Shown piece after piece: positions 15,622 through 17,264 of a stretch of 17,264 bases of DNA. A model generated the notes under the pieces. The model saw only the letters and a list, made by a program, of their open reading frames with translations. It had not been told where the DNA came from and did no database searches. Numbering within the stretch: position 1 is the first letter of the stretch; every line of letters starts with the position of its first letter. Source of the DNA: Promethearchaeota archaeon (lineage in GTDB: Archaea; Asgardarchaeota; Lokiarchaeia; Sigyniarchaeales; SOKP01); the NCBI GenBank assembly GCA_013375475.1, contig JABXKD010000074.1, positions 1 to 17,264 of the forward strand, written 5' to 3'. Both the position numbers and the translations under genes were made by a program.

Positions 15622-16626
15622 TTATTTACGACCGATGCCAAATAAGTTTCCTTTGTATACAAACACTTTCGCTTCTTTTGCACCAGCATTAAGTAATTCA
15701 TCCTTAAATCCATTTTCGGAACTAGTATCTATATCAGTATAAACATTTTTTACCCATTTGATGTAAGTATTTAGCAAGGCATGTTCAATATTTGGCAAAT
15801 CACTATAACCGTGAATAATTACAACACCATTTTCTTTAGTTATTCTAAACGCTTCTTTTAGAATAGTCTTTTTAGTCACATCTTTTAATTCGGTAGTTTT
15901 AAAGTGATATGGCATAATAACTGCATCAAAAAAATTATCAGATTCTCTAATGGTTCCACCAAAAACAGAAGAATTTTGGATGTTTTCTAAGCCCATTTTA
16001 CAAATATTTTCAAAAACTTCTTCTTTTAATAAAACAAATAAGTTATCAGTTGCGTTAACAAGAAATTTTATACATTTAGTATTAATAAAATCACTGAACG
16101 ATATATAGAGTGCAGTACCAAATTTCTTTATCTCCTTTACCTCGAATACCTCTTTCTGTATTACTTCTTTAATAATATCAGGAAAAAGTTTATTTTTTTC
16201 GGCTTCAATTAATCCAAACCTCATGATGTGTTTAGATATTGTGTTAATTAGAATTTCTGTAAATTTTGTAGCTTCTACAGAGATTATTCTATCTTTTTCG
16301 TTTTTATTTGACTTAATAAGCCCATCTCCTTCAAGATTTTTTAAGCTATTATAGAAACTTGAAGTTGAGAATTTTTTGTCATTATCGAGGAGCTCTTTAA
16401 ATTCTTTAGCCCCAGGGGATTGTCTGTCAAATTTTATTGATTTTACAACCTTTTGCTTTTCTCGGTTTAAGAATTGAGATATTTCGTTATACAAAATGTG
16501 TCTGACTACAGGTTTTTCGTGTTTTAATAATAATTGTAGCATTACCATATCTACAATAGAAAGGTTTACAATATTTTTAATAGAAATAATTTCCATAAAC
16601 GTGGATTTTTCGCCTTTTTCCGTCAT
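15622..16626 (-). CDS. PadR-like winged-HTH fused to a degenerate class I SAM-methyltransferase fold (putative regulator)
   Basis: N-terminal FSTSSFYNSLKNLEGDGLI; C-terminal DNFFDAVI...ILKEAFRITKENGVVII...L..AG; no GxGxG motif I visible. Confidence 0.75.
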   Translation of the reverse strand: MTEKGEKSTFMEIISIKNIVNLSIVDMVMLQLLLKHEKPVVRHILYNEISQFLNREKQKVVKSIKFDRQSPGAKEFKELLDNDKKFSTSSFYNSLKNLEGDGLIKSNKNEKDRIISVEATKFTEILINTISKHIMRFGLIEAEKNKLFPDIIKEVIQKEVFEVKEIKKFGTALYISFSDFINTKCIKFLVNATDNLFVLLKEEVFENICKMGLENIQNSSVFGGTIRESDNFFDAVIMPYHFKTTELKDVTKKTILKEAFRITKENGVVIIHGYSDLPNIEHALLNTYIKWVKNVYTDIDTSSENGFKDELLNAGAKEAKVFVYKGNLFGIGRK

Positions 16627-16703
16627 GATGATAAAGTTTTCAACTTTGTATTTCTTTCCTTACTCAAATATAAAATAATATTAACTATTAAATTTTATTA
16701 AAA

Positions 16704-16723
16704 TTGGAAATCTCTATTTTCAA
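16704..16723. promoter_or_regulatory. Operator-like imperfect palindrome upstream of 15622-16626
   Basis: TTGGAAAT-ctct-ATTTTCAA; its first 10 nt are identical to 15313-15322. Confidence 0.45.
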
Positions 16724-16832
16724 AAAAAAAGATACACTAAAATATTCTGGAAAATCGACTTAGGAATATCAGATTAATAAATTCTAACAAATCCAAGTTT
16801 AAATAAAAATTAAATTAAGGAAAAAAAAATAA

Positions 16833-17264
16833 TTATTTAGCATTTATTAGGTTATTTAATATCCTTCTTAAGTATGCTTCGAATTGATCTATTTCTACCT
16901 CTGTAAGCGTTCCGTAGAACACCTCAGTCATTTTTTTTGAAACATCAACATATTTTTTTTGGAGGTTCTTACTCTTTTCAGAAAGCTTAACAATAGTTAT
17001 TCTTCTATCGTTCTCATCATCCTCTCGTTTTAGAAAACCGGAGTTTTGGAGTCTATCGAGCATAGTTGTTAATGAAGACTTCGTGAGTTGAGTTTTTTTT
17101 GACAGCTCATGAATGGGGACACCATCTTTCTGCCAAAGAGCAAATAGTATCCGTCCTTGTCCTGGGTTTAACTCCTTAATTCCATACTCCTTTAGCATTT
17201 GTTTGAAAATTCTATTTGTGATTTGGTGGATTTTTGTTATGAGGAACCCACCTTCACGTTGATC
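16833..17264 (-). CDS. MarR-family transcriptional regulator (5' end beyond window)
   Basis: QGRILFAL, ELS...L.KSSLT..LDRL...G.L.R and DRR...V.L. The frame stays open to the window edge (DQREGGFLITKIHQITNRIFKQMLKE...), so the start lies past 17264. Confidence 0.93.
   Translation of the reverse strand, partial: DQREGGFLITKIHQITNRIFKQMLKEYGIKELNPGQGRILFALWQKDGVPIHELSKKTQLTKSSLTTMLDRLQNSGFLKREDDENDRRITIVKLSEKSKNLQKKYVDVSKKMTEVFYGTLTEVEIDQFEAYLRRILNNLINAK

Noticed and set aside
142-16678. Antisense or overlapping ORFs in the track (142-339, 614-799, 802-1083, 3272-3541, 3375-3572, 4230-4493, 4490-4720, 6176-6553, 7458-7724, 7902-8150, 8562-8762, 11194-11415, 11868-12179, 12120-12302, 12685-12879, 14664-14951, 15153-15356, 16496-16678)
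   Set aside because: They shadow well-supported genes on the opposite strand and show no recognisable motifs.
1-17264. CRISPR arrays, tRNA/rRNA, IS elements, prophage or defence genes
   Set aside because: No regularly spaced repeats, GC-rich structured RNA blocks, transposase/integrase motifs or terminal inverted repeats were seen.

Overview
AT-rich, gene-dense prokaryotic window, most likely from an Asgard archaeon (Lokiarchaeia/Promethearchaeota-like). This is an inference from oligo-T terminators, TATA-like boxes, GGAGG/GGTGA ribosome-binding sites and two zinc-ribbon proteins of a type I associate with Lokiarchaeia. About 22 credible CDSs form a mixed redox/sulfur/metabolic neighbourhood: thioredoxin, TrmB-like HTH regulator, acetoacetate-decarboxylase-family protein, FAD-linked oxidase, GNAT-thioredoxin-fold fusion, a DsrE/F/H (TusD/C/B-like) operon, nitroreductase, cold-shock protein, DUF438/hemerythrin/PAS protein, histidine phosphatase, ketopantoate-reductase-family protein, a wHTH-methyltransferase-fold regulator and a MarR regulator cut by the window edge. 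I saw no rRNA, tRNA, CRISPR array or mobile element. Most notable observations: (1) a 29-codon ORF missing from the ORF track that consists only of the ThiF/MoeB/E1 N-terminal 'RYSRQ' helix, about 1 kb upstream of dsrEFH, whose DsrE ends in Gly-Gly; (2) a protein with two gap-free 113-aa PH/GRAM-like repeats, a winged helix and a Zn ribbon; (3) an HEH/Rho-N, coiled-coil, winged-helix protein; (4) two distant paralogs of an uncharacterised ~8-TM family, each behind palindrome-rich promoter DNA; (5) a TGGAAA-N6-TTTYCA operator-like motif shared by one paralog and the adjacent regulator gene. All family assignments come from motif recognition by eye; no searches were run.
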